Below, in pieces: positions 28,875-38,960 of a stretch of 64,000 nt of DNA (position 1 is the stretch's first letter; the number at the start of each line of letters is the position of its first letter). The stretch is from the IMG/VR virus record IMGVR_UViG_3300032579_000011, positions 1 through 64,000 of that record, one strand, 5' to 3'. Position numbers and translations under genes: made by a program. This DNA is from a virus. Under the pieces are notes generated by a model. It searched no databases. It was not told the DNA's origin and saw only the letters and a list, made by a program, of their open reading frames with translations.

Positions 28875-29897
28875 ATGGATTGGTTACAACAAAAATATAT
28901 CGGAATCATTTCAACCAGACTGGACAAGTTTAAACGGAAAAGCGCAAGCCTTTATAATTTCCGTTGTCCAGTTTGTGGTGACTCCGATTCAAATAAGAAT
29001 AAAGCTAGAGGATACATTTACGAAAAGAGCGGTAAAATGCTATTTCATTGTCATAACTGTGGTGCTACCGCTTCTGTTCCTAATTTCATTAAAATGATTG
29101 ATCAAGCGGTTTATAATGAATATTTGCTTGAAAGAATTCAAGACAATAAATCGCCAGAACAAAAAGATCTAGAAGCTTTCGTTGAAAAAATGAAGCCTCC
29201 TCTTTTTATGAAGAGCGGACCATTAAAGGGACTGAAGAAAGTTAGTCAGTTATCCCCAGAACATAAAGTGAAGAAATTTGTAGATGCCAGACGTATCCCA
29301 ACACCTTATCACGCAACTTTATTTTCCTGCCCTAACTTTAAGCATTATACTAATAACCTTGTACCTAATAAGTTTGATGTTGATTCTCTTGAACGCGATG
29401 AAACTCGCCTTCTTATACCCTTTATTGACTCTCGTAAAATTATGCACGCCTATCAAGGTAGAGCGTTGGTTAATTCGTCAGTCAAATATATTACAATCGT
29501 TCTTAATGATTCAATTCCTAAAGTTTATGGACTTGATAGAGTTGATTTTGGTAGGACTGTTTATGTGTTTGAAGGCCCAATTGATAGTATGTTTGTTCCT
29601 AACAGTATCGCTACTGCAGGCGGCGATTTGGTGTCTGCGATCAACACCTTTACGAAAGATCGTCTTGTCGTTGTTTACGACAACGAGCCAAGAAATAAAG
29701 AAACCGTAAAGAAAATTGACAAGGCTATCATGCAAGGATATAAAGTTTGTATATGGCCCGAAAACTTCGAACATAAAGATATCAACGACGCGATTTTAGC
29801 GGGCTTGACTTCTGAGTTCATTTCATATATAATTAATCAAAACACTTACCGTGATCTTTCGGCCAAACTGGCTCTTACAAAATGGAGAAAATCTTGA
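28875..29897 (+). CDS. gp61: DNA primase
   Basis: CPVCGDS...CHNC zinc finger, EGPIDS, YDNEPRN, KDIND. Confidence 0.95.
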   Translation: MDWLQQKYIGIISTRLDKFKRKSASLYNFRCPVCGDSDSNKNKARGYIYEKSGKMLFHCHNCGATASVPNFIKMIDQAVYNEYLLERIQDNKSPEQKDLEAFVEKMKPPLFMKSGPLKGLKKVSQLSPEHKVKKFVDARRIPTPYHATLFSCPNFKHYTNNLVPNKFDVDSLERDETRLLIPFIDSRKIMHAYQGRALVNSSVKYITIVLNDSIPKVYGLDRVDFGRTVYVFEGPIDSMFVPNSIATAGGDLVSAINTFTKDRLVVVYDNEPRNKETVKKIDKAIMQGYKVCIWPENFEHKDINDAILAGLTSEFISYIINQNTYRDLSAKLALTKWRKS

Positions 29898-30994
29898 TTA
29901 AGTATGACACACTCTACCACATCGACGAGAACGGTAATACTCGTACTTGGATGATGGAGCGCTTGGGAAACAAGTATCGTACTGTCTCTGGTATTGAAGG
30001 TGGTAAGCTTGTAATTTCAGAATGGAAAGAAGTTTACGGTAAGAATGCCGGCAAAGCCAACGCGACTACCGATGATCAACAGGCCGATCTAGAAGTTAAG
30101 GCTCTTTACAAAAAGAAACTCGATCGTAAATATCATACTTCGAAAGAAACGATCGAAGAAGGTTCTAAGATTATTGAACCTATGCTTGCTGATAAGTATA
30201 AAGGTTGGGATTCAAAGTGGAAGCACGTATTCACTCAGCCGAAGCTTGATGGAATGCGTTGTATAGCGACCAAGAACGGATTGTTTTCAAGACAGGGTAA
30301 GCCCATAGTTTCGGCCCCTCACATCATTCAAGAGTTAGCTCCTTTATTCGAGCTTAGTCCAAACTTGATCCTTGATGGTGAACTATATAATCATGAGCTA
30401 CGAGACAATTTTAATGAGTTGATTTCTATCGCCCGTCAAACCAAACCAACTCAAGACGACTTGAACAAATCTGCTTCAATGATTCAATATCATGTTTATG
30501 ATATGGTTTGGAAAGAACATTTTTATAATCGTCTGACTTATCTAGAAAGTATTATTGGTTCACTTAAGAGTAATGTGATCAAGCTGGTAGACACTTTCAG
30601 CGCTGAAAATTCAGAAAAACTTGATCAGCAATATGCTAACTTTCTTGAGAACGGCTATGAAGGTCAAATGATTCGTATTGATGCTCCTTACGAAAATAAA
30701 CGTTCAAAGAGTTTGTTGAAGCGTAAGGAATTTATTGACGAAGAATTTGAAGTCATTGAAATACTTGAAGGTCAGGGTAATTGGTCTGGATACGCCAAAA
30801 GCGTTCAGTGCAAGACCAAAGAAGGAGTTGTATTCAATGCTGGTATTAAGGGAACACAGGAGTTCACCAAGGAGTTGTTGAATCGTAAACCAATTCCTAA
30901 GACGGCAACGGTTCGTTACCAGAATATTACGCCAGACGGTAGCTTGCGTTTTCCAATCGCGGTTGCTTTTTATGAAAATGAAAGAGATATTTAA
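29882..30994 (+). CDS. gp30: ATP-dependent DNA ligase
   Basis: QPKLDGMRC, LDGELY, YEGQMIR, LLKRK and LRFP motifs. Confidence 0.92.
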   Translation: MEKILIKYDTLYHIDENGNTRTWMMERLGNKYRTVSGIEGGKLVISEWKEVYGKNAGKANATTDDQQADLEVKALYKKKLDRKYHTSKETIEEGSKIIEPMLADKYKGWDSKWKHVFTQPKLDGMRCIATKNGLFSRQGKPIVSAPHIIQELAPLFELSPNLILDGELYNHELRDNFNELISIARQTKPTQDDLNKSASMIQYHVYDMVWKEHFYNRLTYLESIIGSLKSNVIKLVDTFSAENSEKLDQQYANFLENGYEGQMIRIDAPYENKRSKSLLKRKEFIDEEFEVIEILEGQGNWSGYAKSVQCKTKEGVVFNAGIKGTQEFTKELLNRKPIPKTATVRYQNITPDGSLRFPIAVAFYENERDI

Positions 30995-30995
30995 A

Positions 30996-31673
30996 ATGAA
31001 TAACGCAAAAATTATAGCGGTAACACAACCAATAATTGATAATGAAAAAGGTGTTAAAATGACACCAGATGAGTTTATTGCATATTGTGCAAGGGTTTCG
31101 AACCCATCTAATCAAATGAATAGTTTAACTGCTCCTAAATTACTCAGATACTGCATAAAACATAAGCACTGGAGCGTTTTTGAAACAGTTAGTATTACTA
31201 TGTCTATAGAAACTACTAGAGATATCGCCCGACAAATTCTCAGACATAGATCATTTTCGTTTCAGGAATTTTCTCAGCGTTATGCTGATCCAACACAAGA
31301 TTTAGGTTTCGTTACTCGTGAAGCTCGTCTTCAAGATCAGAAAAATCGTCAGAACAGTATTGAGATTGATGATGAATCTCTCCAAGGTACTTGGGAACAA
31401 CTTCAAAATAACTTGACTACTTCTGTGCAAAAAACATACAAATGGGCTATTAAAAACGGTATCGCGAAGGAACAAGCACGTGCTGTTCTTCCGGAAGGGT
31501 TAACAGTTTCTCGCCTATATATGAATGGAACGTTGAGAAGTTATATTCATTGGTGTCAACTTCGTATGGGACCAGAAACCCAGAAGGAACATAGAGAAAT
31601 CGCAACTGACGCTTGGTACGAGATTACCAACGTATTTCCTTCGTTAAAAGATAGTTTGGATATAGAAAATTAA
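30996..31673 (+). CDS. thyX: Flavin-dependent thymidylate synthase
   Basis: HWSVFE, RHRSFSFQEFSQRY, EQARAVLP. Confidence 0.95.
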   Translation: MNNAKIIAVTQPIIDNEKGVKMTPDEFIAYCARVSNPSNQMNSLTAPKLLRYCIKHKHWSVFETVSITMSIETTRDIARQILRHRSFSFQEFSQRYADPTQDLGFVTREARLQDQKNRQNSIEIDDESLQGTWEQLQNNLTTSVQKTYKWAIKNGIAKEQARAVLPEGLTVSRLYMNGTLRSYIHWCQLRMGPETQKEHREIATDAWYEITNVFPSLKDSLDIEN

Positions 31674-31685
31674 TAAGGGGTATAG

Positions 31686-33305
31686 ATGATTGATAATTCA
31701 ATTCTAGTAACAAAAAGAGACGGATCGACTCAGCCGTTAGATCTAAATCGTTTTCATAAAGTGGTTAGTTGGGCTTGTGAAGGAATCAACAACGTTTCCG
31801 AATCAGAGATAGAACTTAAGTCTCATATTCAATTTTATAATAAGATTAAGTCATCAGATATTCAAGAAACTTTGATCAAGGCTGCCGCCGATCTTATTTC
31901 AGAAGAAAATCCCGGTTATCAGTACGTTGCTGGTCGTCTGATCAACTATCATCTAAGAAAACAAGTATACGAAAGTCACCTACCATGGAAATTGAAAGAT
32001 CATGTTAAACACGTTATTTCTCTTGGTTACTACGATCCTGAAATTTCTTCTTTTTATGATGATTTTGAACTGGATGTTTTGGATACTTATATTAATCACG
32101 ATAGGGATTATTCTATCTCTTATGTGGGCATGGAACAATTAAGAGGAAAATACTTAATCAGAAACAGAGTTACTGGACAGATTTATGAAACTCCTCAAAT
32201 GGCTTATATGTTGATTGCCATGATACTGTTTCGTAACTATCCTAAAGAAACCAGACTTAAATGGGTAAAGGATTTATACGATGCGACAAGCACTTTTGAA
32301 ATATCGCTGCCGACTCCTATTATGGCAGGTCTCCGTTCGCCTCAAAAGCAATTCTCTTCGTGCGTTCTTATCGAGACAGATGACAGTCTTGATTCAATCA
32401 ATGCTTCAGCTTCCGCAATTGTTAAATATGTGTCTCAAAAAGCTGGCATTGGTATTAATGCTGGTCGTATTCGTGCTCTCGGCTCTCCCATTCGCGCTGG
32501 TGATACTACTCACACTGGTGTTATCCCATTTTACAAGCACTTCCAATCAGCAGTTAAGAGCTGCAGCCAAGGCGGTGTTCGAGGCGGCGCAGCGACTCTT
32601 TACTACCCTATCTGGCATTTGGAAGTTGAGGACCTACTAGTTCTCAAGAATAATAAAGGCACAGAAGATAATCGTATTCGTGGTTTGGACTATGGTGTCC
32701 AGTTTAATAAGGTGATGTATGAACGACTTCTTGTTGGTGGGAATATTACTCTATTCAGCCCTAGCGACGTCCCTGGTCTTTATGATAGCTTTTTTATTGA
32801 TCTTGATAAATTCAGATCGCTATATCAAAAATACGAGGCGGATCCGGCGATCAGAAAGAAATCAATACCTGCTGTGGACCTATTCTCATCGTTCATGGAA
32901 GAGCGCAAGAACACTGGTCGTATCTATTTGCAGAACGTCGACCATGCGAATGATCATGGTTCGTTCATTAAAGAACTTGCACCAATTCGCCAGTCAAATC
33001 TCTGCTGTGTGACTGGAGAAACTTATGTAACTGTTGAAATGATTGACGGTTCAATTCAAGATATAATGATCAAGGATGTTACAATTCAAATGAAAGTTCT
33101 TAGTAGAAACAATAATACTGGTAAAGATGAATTTAGACAAATTAAAGCTGCTGCTATGACTAGAAAGAATGCATCATTGATGAAAATAACTGATGAAAAT
33201 GGCAACTCTATTGTTTGCACACCAGATCATCGCATCTATACAAAAAACAGAGGATATGTAGAGGCGCAAAATATTTTAGAAAATGATGAGTTGTTGGTAA
33301 TATAA
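31686..33305 (+). CDS. nrdA: Class Ia RNR large subunit, N-part fused to split-intein N-half
   Basis: ATP cone, SSCVLI, SQGGVRGG, RQSNLC then CVTGET...CTPDHRI. Confidence 0.95.
   Translation: MIDNSILVTKRDGSTQPLDLNRFHKVVSWACEGINNVSESEIELKSHIQFYNKIKSSDIQETLIKAAADLISEENPGYQYVAGRLINYHLRKQVYESHLPWKLKDHVKHVISLGYYDPEISSFYDDFELDVLDTYINHDRDYSISYVGMEQLRGKYLIRNRVTGQIYETPQMAYMLIAMILFRNYPKETRLKWVKDLYDATSTFEISLPTPIMAGLRSPQKQFSSCVLIETDDSLDSINASASAIVKYVSQKAGIGINAGRIRALGSPIRAGDTTHTGVIPFYKHFQSAVKSCSQGGVRGGAATLYYPIWHLEVEDLLVLKNNKGTEDNRIRGLDYGVQFNKVMYERLLVGGNITLFSPSDVPGLYDSFFIDLDKFRSLYQKYEADPAIRKKSIPAVDLFSSFMEERKNTGRIYLQNVDHANDHGSFIKELAPIRQSNLCCVTGETYVTVEMIDGSIQDIMIKDVTIQMKVLSRNNNTGKDEFRQIKAAAMTRKNASLMKITDENGNSIVCTPDHRIYTKNRGYVEAQNILENDELLVI
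33006..33302 (+). mobile_element. Split intein N-half (99 aa)
   Basis: Block A CVTGETYV, block B VCTPDHRIY; followed by a stop codon. Confidence 0.92.
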
Positions 33306-33361
33306 TTTATAAATTATTATAAATAGTTCTGAGATAACACTTCTATCAAGGAATCATTTAT

Positions 33362-34066
33362 ATGGCTATAGTTTACAAAATAACGAACAGAGTGAACGGT
33401 AAAAGTTATATTGGTCACTCTGTTCGAACATTAGAACAAAGATGGAAATCTCATCTATCATCTGTTAGGCAGGGAAGTAAATTTAGATTTCATTCTGCTA
33501 TTCGAAAATATGGTGTAGATCAATGGGATCATGAAATTATTTTTGAACATAATAATGTTGATATTTGTAAGAAAAAAGAAGAAGAGATGATTGTTGGATT
33601 TGATCTCATGAATAATAAAAAAGGATATAATGCTAAACCAGGAGGATGCGGTGGTTGGATTGTTCCTGATAAAAAATATGAATTATGGGTAAAAAAACAA
33701 TCTGAAAATAATATAGGATTAAAAAATAATAATAGTACGGGATACACAAACGAAGAATTGATTGAAATTGGTAAAAAGGTGTGTTATGATCTTGGAAGAA
33801 TTGTAGGTCAAAAGACAATGGTCAAAGAATGTAAAAAGATAGGGATAAGATTTCCTAAATCATTCAGACCAATGAGATTTGATGGAAGTTATAAAAAATA
33901 TGCTGCTATTCTTGAAAAAGAGTTAGATATGAAATTCAATCCATATTTTCGTTCTGAAGAACAGAGACAAATATACAGAGAAAAATATACTGGCACTGTT
34001 GGACCCAACGTTGGAACTAAAGTTATCATAGATTCAGAAGGAAAAAGAAAACATGTTAAAAATTGA
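33362..34066 (+). CDS. GIY-YIG homing endonuclease between the intein halves
   Basis: IVYKITNRVNGKSYIG, QRWKSH, GYN; TATAAATA at 33318. Confidence 0.88.
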   Translation: MAIVYKITNRVNGKSYIGHSVRTLEQRWKSHLSSVRQGSKFRFHSAIRKYGVDQWDHEIIFEHNNVDICKKKEEEMIVGFDLMNNKKGYNAKPGGCGGWIVPDKKYELWVKKQSENNIGLKNNNSTGYTNEELIEIGKKVCYDLGRIVGQKTMVKECKKIGIRFPKSFRPMRFDGSYKKYAAILEKELDMKFNPYFRSEEQRQIYREKYTGTVGPNVGTKVIIDSEGKRKHVKN

Positions 34067-34151
34067 ACATTTAAATTATACAGAAGATGTCTATGATATT
34101 ACTGTAGATAAAAATGAAAACTTTTATGCTAATGGTATTTTAGTTCATAAC
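34053..34151 (+). mobile_element. Split intein C-half (33 aa)
   Basis: DVYDITV...FYANGILVHN followed by Cys+1. Confidence 0.92.
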
Positions 34152-35126
34152 TGCGAAATTGACTTGCCTACAAAGCCATTGAAAGATATTAACGATGAAA
34201 ATGGAGAGATTAGTCTGTGTACTTTGAGTGCGATAAACTGGGGCAAAATTCGTGATCCTGCAGATTTCGAACGTCCTTGTACTCTCGCTGTTCGTGCTTT
34301 GGACGAGTTACTTGACTATCAAGATTATCCAGTTCTTGCTGCCAAAAACTCCACTATGGCCAGACGACCTCTTGGTGTCGGTATTATTAACCTCGCTTAT
34401 TGGTTGGCTCGTAATGATCTTAGCTATCAGTCAATTGATCATGATGGATTGAGTAAGCTTCATTCATTCGCAGAAGCTTGGTCATATTATTTAATTAAAG
34501 CGTCCATTGATCTAGCGGAGGAAAAAGGTGCGTGTCCAAAAAGTAATGAAACAAAGTACAGCCAAGGTGTGTTCCCCATAAACACCTATAAAAGAGAATT
34601 GGACGAAATCGTATCGCCTGCGTATAGGATGGATTGGGTTTCGTTGGGCGCTAAAGCATTACGAGTTGGCATCAGAAACTCAACGCTTATGGCTCTCATG
34701 CCATCAGAGACATCAGCACAGATTAGCAACGCAACGAATGGTATTGAGCCGCCAAGATCGCTTGTCTCTGTTAAACAGTCTAAAGATGGCGTCCTTAAAC
34801 AAGTTGTACCAGAAGTTCGTAAACTTAAGAAGAAATACGACCTACTTTGGGACCAACAGTCACCCGAAGGATATCTTAAGATTTGCGGGGTATTGCAAAA
34901 GTTCATTGATCAAGGAATATCCGTTAATACCTCGTACAACCCAAAGTTCTATGAAGAAGAACAAATCCCTATGTCGGAAATGTTAAAGCACTTGCTGATG
35001 TTTTATAAGTATGGTGGCAAACAATTATACTATCTGAACACTGCAGATGGCGCTGGTGAATACGAAGAAGCACCTTTGGCTGCTGGTGTTGTTGAAGATG
35101 AATCCTGCGAGTCTTGTAAAATATAG
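34053..35126 (+). CDS. nrdA: Split-intein C-half fused to RNR large subunit C-part
   Basis: HN/CEIDLPT, LCTLSA, MPSETS, LYY, C-terminal CESC. Confidence 0.95.
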   Translation: MLKIEHLNYTEDVYDITVDKNENFYANGILVHNCEIDLPTKPLKDINDENGEISLCTLSAINWGKIRDPADFERPCTLAVRALDELLDYQDYPVLAAKNSTMARRPLGVGIINLAYWLARNDLSYQSIDHDGLSKLHSFAEAWSYYLIKASIDLAEEKGACPKSNETKYSQGVFPINTYKRELDEIVSPAYRMDWVSLGAKALRVGIRNSTLMALMPSETSAQISNATNGIEPPRSLVSVKQSKDGVLKQVVPEVRKLKKKYDLLWDQQSPEGYLKICGVLQKFIDQGISVNTSYNPKFYEEEQIPMSEMLKHLLMFYKYGGKQLYYLNTADGAGEYEEAPLAAGVVEDESCESCKI

Positions 35127-35169
35127 TAAAGACTTGTAAAATATAAATAGTCCATAGGAGGAAACAATT

Positions 35170-35841
35170 ATGGACTATAAAAAAATATATGATAATCTGA
35201 TAATCAGAGCACAAAATAGAGTAACAAATGGACAAATATATTACGAACTTCACCATATCATCCCAAGATGTATGAATGGTTCTGATGATTGGAGTAATCT
35301 TGTCTATTTGTTACCAGAAGAACATTATCTAGCGCATCAACTATTAGTAAAAATATATCCTGAAATATTTGAATTAGCTTTTGCTGCAAATATGATGTGT
35401 ACAAATAGACCAAGCAATAAGTTGTACGGATGGATTAGAAGAAGAATTTCAGATAATATGAAACGAAATAATCCAAATGCTGTCGGTAAATCTAGAAGAG
35501 AATATATACAAAAGAATGGTCCTGTTGAAGTTGATAGAAGTTATATTACAGATGAATATAGAAAAAAATGTAGTGAAGGTAAAATAGGTTCTAAAAATCC
35601 GATGCATGGAAAATTGCCATGGGAACATTCAAGAGCAACGAATGAAACAAAAAAAGAATGGGCAAAGGCTGATGAGTATTATAATTGGTGGAAAGAAACA
35701 AAAAAATCATACCACGCAATGGCTATAAATTTTGGGTTCGATAAACCAATGATGACACATCATAATATGATTAATAAATTTAGAGAAGGTTGGGTTCCAA
35801 ATGAAGATAACAACTGGAAGGATTTTAAATGCAAGATTTGA
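35170..35841 (+). CDS. HNH homing endonuclease (MobE-like)
   Basis: YELHHIIPRCMNGSDD..NLV.L.PEEHYLAHQLL. Confidence 0.88.
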   Translation: MDYKKIYDNLIIRAQNRVTNGQIYYELHHIIPRCMNGSDDWSNLVYLLPEEHYLAHQLLVKIYPEIFELAFAANMMCTNRPSNKLYGWIRRRISDNMKRNNPNAVGKSRREYIQKNGPVEVDRSYITDEYRKKCSEGKIGSKNPMHGKLPWEHSRATNETKKEWAKADEYYNWWKETKKSYHAMAINFGFDKPMMTHHNMINKFREGWVPNEDNNWKDFKCKI

Positions 35842-36065
35842 GAGATACAATCAGTAGTCAATACAAAGTAGAACTTATATATCGTGATACTTGGTCAACA
35901 GAGAAACCTACAGGTCAACAAGTAGGTATTCCACCTCATGATATTCGTGTTACGCATAAAGATTCTGGTATTATTGCTCAGTGTGGTGCTTATGGTTCAG
36001 ATCATAAGAATAGAGAAGTTGCAATGAGAATGGTTTCATTAGGTGTTGAAGTTTGGGCGGAATAA
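35829..36065 (+). CDS. Stand-alone release-factor (RF-1/GGQ-domain)-like protein
   Basis: TGQQV...IRVTHKDSGIIAQC...SDHKNREVAM parallels GGQHV...VRITHLPTGIVV.C...SQHKNK..AM. Confidence 0.6.
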   Translation: MQDLRDTISSQYKVELIYRDTWSTEKPTGQQVGIPPHDIRVTHKDSGIIAQCGAYGSDHKNREVAMRMVSLGVEVWAE

Positions 36066-36069
36066 TGCA

Positions 36070-36258
36070 ATGAAAGCTAAGAAAACAAAATTGACTTTTG
36101 AAGAAATCTATAGTAAGCTTCATATGCGTGAGTATGTTGTGGTGCATACAAAGGAGGAGATGAAACCATATCTTCTCAATGCCAATGATAACACTCTTTA
36201 TACGATACCAGAAGGATACCTTGAATATGACAAACGATTCTACTACCGAAAGTATTAA
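36070..36258 (+). CDS. Small hypothetical protein
   Basis: ORF track; has a paralog at 36372. Confidence 0.6.
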   Translation: MKAKKTKLTFEEIYSKLHMREYVVVHTKEEMKPYLLNANDNTLYTIPEGYLEYDKRFYYRKY

Positions 36259-36371
36259 TGGTCTTCAAATAGTTGTTCACGAAACAGACCCAACAGCAAA
36301 AATCTATATGGTTGGGAGATTGGAAGATTGAAGAAAAATAGAAGCGAATCCTACGAGAGTTGTAAAATTTA

Positions 36372-36563
36372 ATGATTGAGATAGAGTTAAATAAGTTGAC
36401 ATATAAATAAATATTTGATAAGCTAGAATCAAGAACTTACGTTCTAGTACATATTAAAGATACTATGCAGCCTTGTTTACTTGAACCAGAAAGTGGAAAA
36501 TTGTTTGAAGTACCTGATGGTTATCTTGAATATGATAAAAAATATTTTAGGAGAAATATATGA
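36372..36563 (+). pseudogene. Paralog of 36070 ORF with an in-frame TAA
   Basis: KLTYK*IFDKL...VPDGYLEYDKKYF versus KLTFEEIYSKL...IPEGYLEYDKRFY. Confidence 0.65.
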
Positions 36564-36811
36564 AAGACATTATTAAAATGGCTGACGAAAAAGACGAGTT
36601 TGTAACATCAGACGACGGATTCGTTTATTGGTGGCCAAAGGGTCTTGATGGATATGTTTCGGCTCAAAATCTCCGTGATTTGGCGACAGAATTAGATGCC
36701 AGAAACGAAAAGTGGGAAAAGACCATCAACGAATGTTTTGATGGTTTTAAATGTCCTATCAATTTTGATGGTTGTAAAGAAAATTGTGGTAATTACGGGT
36801 GTAATAATTAA
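36560..36811 (+). CDS. Hypothetical protein
   Basis: AGGAG RBS; Cys-rich C-terminus. Confidence 0.65.
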   Translation: MKDIIKMADEKDEFVTSDDGFVYWWPKGLDGYVSAQNLRDLATELDARNEKWEKTINECFDGFKCPINFDGCKENCGNYGCNN

Positions 36812-37927
36812 ATGAGTGTATTTGATATTAATAACAAAAAAAATTCTATCAAAGCAAATTTGTTTTTTGACGATCCGGTAACTATTGCTAGATATGATAA
36901 GCAGAAGTATCCATGGATCGAAAAATTAACAAATCAACAACTTGGTTTCTTTTGGAGACCCGAAGAAGTAGATATTTCAAGAGACTCTAAAGACTTCAAG
37001 GGTCTAAATTCTCATGAGCAACACATTTTCACAAGCAATCTTAAGCGACAAATCCTTCTTGATTCCGTACAGGGTCGAGCGCCGACAGCCGCTTTTAGTC
37101 CAATATGTTCGCTGCCAGAGTTAGAAACTTGGATAACTACATGGACTTTTAGTGAAACAATCCATAGTAGATCTTATACTCATATTATCAGAAACATATA
37201 CCCAAATCCTTCTAAGGTTTTTGATGAATTAATGGATATCAAAGAAATCGTAGATTGTGCCAATGATATCAGCAAGTATTATGATAATTTAATTTCATTT
37301 AATGAAATATCTTCTTGCAATGAGATTCCTGAGTATGGATTGACAGATTGGTGTCCGTCGAAATATGAACATAAGAAAGCTCTTTGGCTTGCATTGATGT
37401 CTGTTAATGTTCTCGAAGGCATTCGCTTCTATGTTTCGTTTGCTTGTTCATGGGCGTTTGCCGAAGTTAAGAAGATGGAAGGTAATGCCAAGATTATTAA
37501 ATTAATCGCTCGTGATGAAAATCTTCATCTTGCTGGTACTCAGCAATTACTTAAGGCTTTGGTCAAAGAAGATGAAGATTTTGCCAAGATTGCAGAAGAA
37601 ACAAAACAAGAATGTATTAAGTTGTTTGTTGACGCGGTTGAACAAGAAAAGACATGGGCTAGTTATCTATTCAAAGATGGTTCTATGATAGGTCTTAACG
37701 AAAAACTATTAAACGAATATATAGAATGGATCGCTAACAAGAGAATGACAGCGATAGGACTAAATACAACCTATAAGGGCGGTAGTAATCCTTTGCCATG
37801 GACTCAGAAATGGATTTCTGGTTCTGAAGTACAAGTTGCTCCACAAGAAACAGAAATAACTTCTTACGTCATTGGTGGCGTTAAGAAGGACGTAACGAAT
37901 GACACGTTTAAAGGATTTAGTCTATGA
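36812..37927 (+). CDS. nrdB: Class Ia RNR small subunit
   Basis: FFWRPEEV, ETIHSRSY, EGIRFYVSF, RDENLH, VAPQETE. Confidence 0.96.
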   Translation: MSVFDINNKKNSIKANLFFDDPVTIARYDKQKYPWIEKLTNQQLGFFWRPEEVDISRDSKDFKGLNSHEQHIFTSNLKRQILLDSVQGRAPTAAFSPICSLPELETWITTWTFSETIHSRSYTHIIRNIYPNPSKVFDELMDIKEIVDCANDISKYYDNLISFNEISSCNEIPEYGLTDWCPSKYEHKKALWLALMSVNVLEGIRFYVSFACSWAFAEVKKMEGNAKIIKLIARDENLHLAGTQQLLKALVKEDEDFAKIAEETKQECIKLFVDAVEQEKTWASYLFKDGSMIGLNEKLLNEYIEWIANKRMTAIGLNTTYKGGSNPLPWTQKWISGSEVQVAPQETEITSYVIGGVKKDVTNDTFKGFSL

Positions 37928-38376
37928 TTTTAGAAGTATTATTTTCATTATTAATTAGTTCGGCATCAGCGAAGGAATTTCCAATTCTACCTGATCCTGC
38001 TTTGACGCCCGGTGTAGTTGATCAGGAAGCAACAATGGAAAAGATTTGTCTTTCTGGATACACAGGAACTGTTCGTAATGTTTCTTCGGCCACAAAGAAA
38101 AAGGTTTTCAAGGAATATGGTATTGATCCCAAAGCAGACAAGTTCGAAATTGATCATTTGATTTCTTTAGAACTCGGTGGTTCTAATGATATTAAGAACC
38201 TGTGGCCTCAAAGCTACACTACAATGCCTTGGAACGCTCATGTCAAAGATAGACTAGAAAATAAGTTGCATAGAATGATTTGTGATGGTATAATCACAAT
38301 GGAAGATGCTCAACAACAAATTTCAACAGACTGGATTAAAACATATAAGAAATACATAGGAGAACCAAAAAATTGA
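37924..38376 (+). CDS. Secreted HNH-like nuclease-domain protein
   Basis: Signal peptide; EIDHLISLELGGSNDIKNLWPQ. Confidence 0.7.
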   Translation: MILEVLFSLLISSASAKEFPILPDPALTPGVVDQEATMEKICLSGYTGTVRNVSSATKKKVFKEYGIDPKADKFEIDHLISLELGGSNDIKNLWPQSYTTMPWNAHVKDRLENKLHRMICDGIITMEDAQQQISTDWIKTYKKYIGEPKN

Positions 38377-38519
38377 TTACTTGTCAAGATTGTGAGGCAG
38401 AATTTACAATTGAACACGACGAATTAGATGAACCAGAATTTTGTCCTTTTTGTGCGAATAAGTTAGTTTATGATGATACATCCGATGAATGGGAAGCACA
38501 AGACGACGAAGGTTGTTGA
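38373..38519 (+). CDS. Small zinc-ribbon protein
   Basis: CQDC...CPFC with acidic tail; AGGAG RBS, TTG start. Confidence 0.6.
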   Translation: MITCQDCEAEFTIEHDELDEPEFCPFCANKLVYDDTSDEWEAQDDEGC

Positions 38520-38552
38520 CATTACTAAATATCCCAAACAATGGAGTTTGGG

Positions 38553-38960
38553 ATGTGGATTTACGAAAATAAAGAATATGAATTTAATAATGAATATACT
38601 TCGTTTGTGTATATAATAACTAATACTGCAAACAATAGAAAATATATCGGAAAGAAAACTTTCTTTTTTCTGAAAACTAAACAAGTTAAGGGAAAGAAAA
38701 AAAGAACCAAAGTTGAATCGGATTGGAAATCATATTTTGGTTCTTCCGAAGATCTTCAGGAAGACGTTAAAAAATACGGCGAAAATAGTTTTACTCGTGA
38801 AATAATTCGTCTCTGTAAATCCAAAGGAGAAGCGACATATTACGAGGCAAAATATCAGTTTGAAAATGCTGTGCTTTTTTCGGACGAATGGTACAACTCT
38901 CATATAATGTGTCGTGTTCACAAAAAACATCTTACTTTTTTGAAGCAAAAGCAGCTTTAA
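38553..38960 (+). CDS. GIY-YIG nuclease (EndoII/DenA-like)
   Basis: FVYIITN...KYIGKK...ESDWKSYFGSS. Confidence 0.8.
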   Translation: MWIYENKEYEFNNEYTSFVYIITNTANNRKYIGKKTFFFLKTKQVKGKKKRTKVESDWKSYFGSSEDLQEDVKKYGENSFTREIIRLCKSKGEATYYEAKYQFENAVLFSDEWYNSHIMCRVHKKHLTFLKQKQL

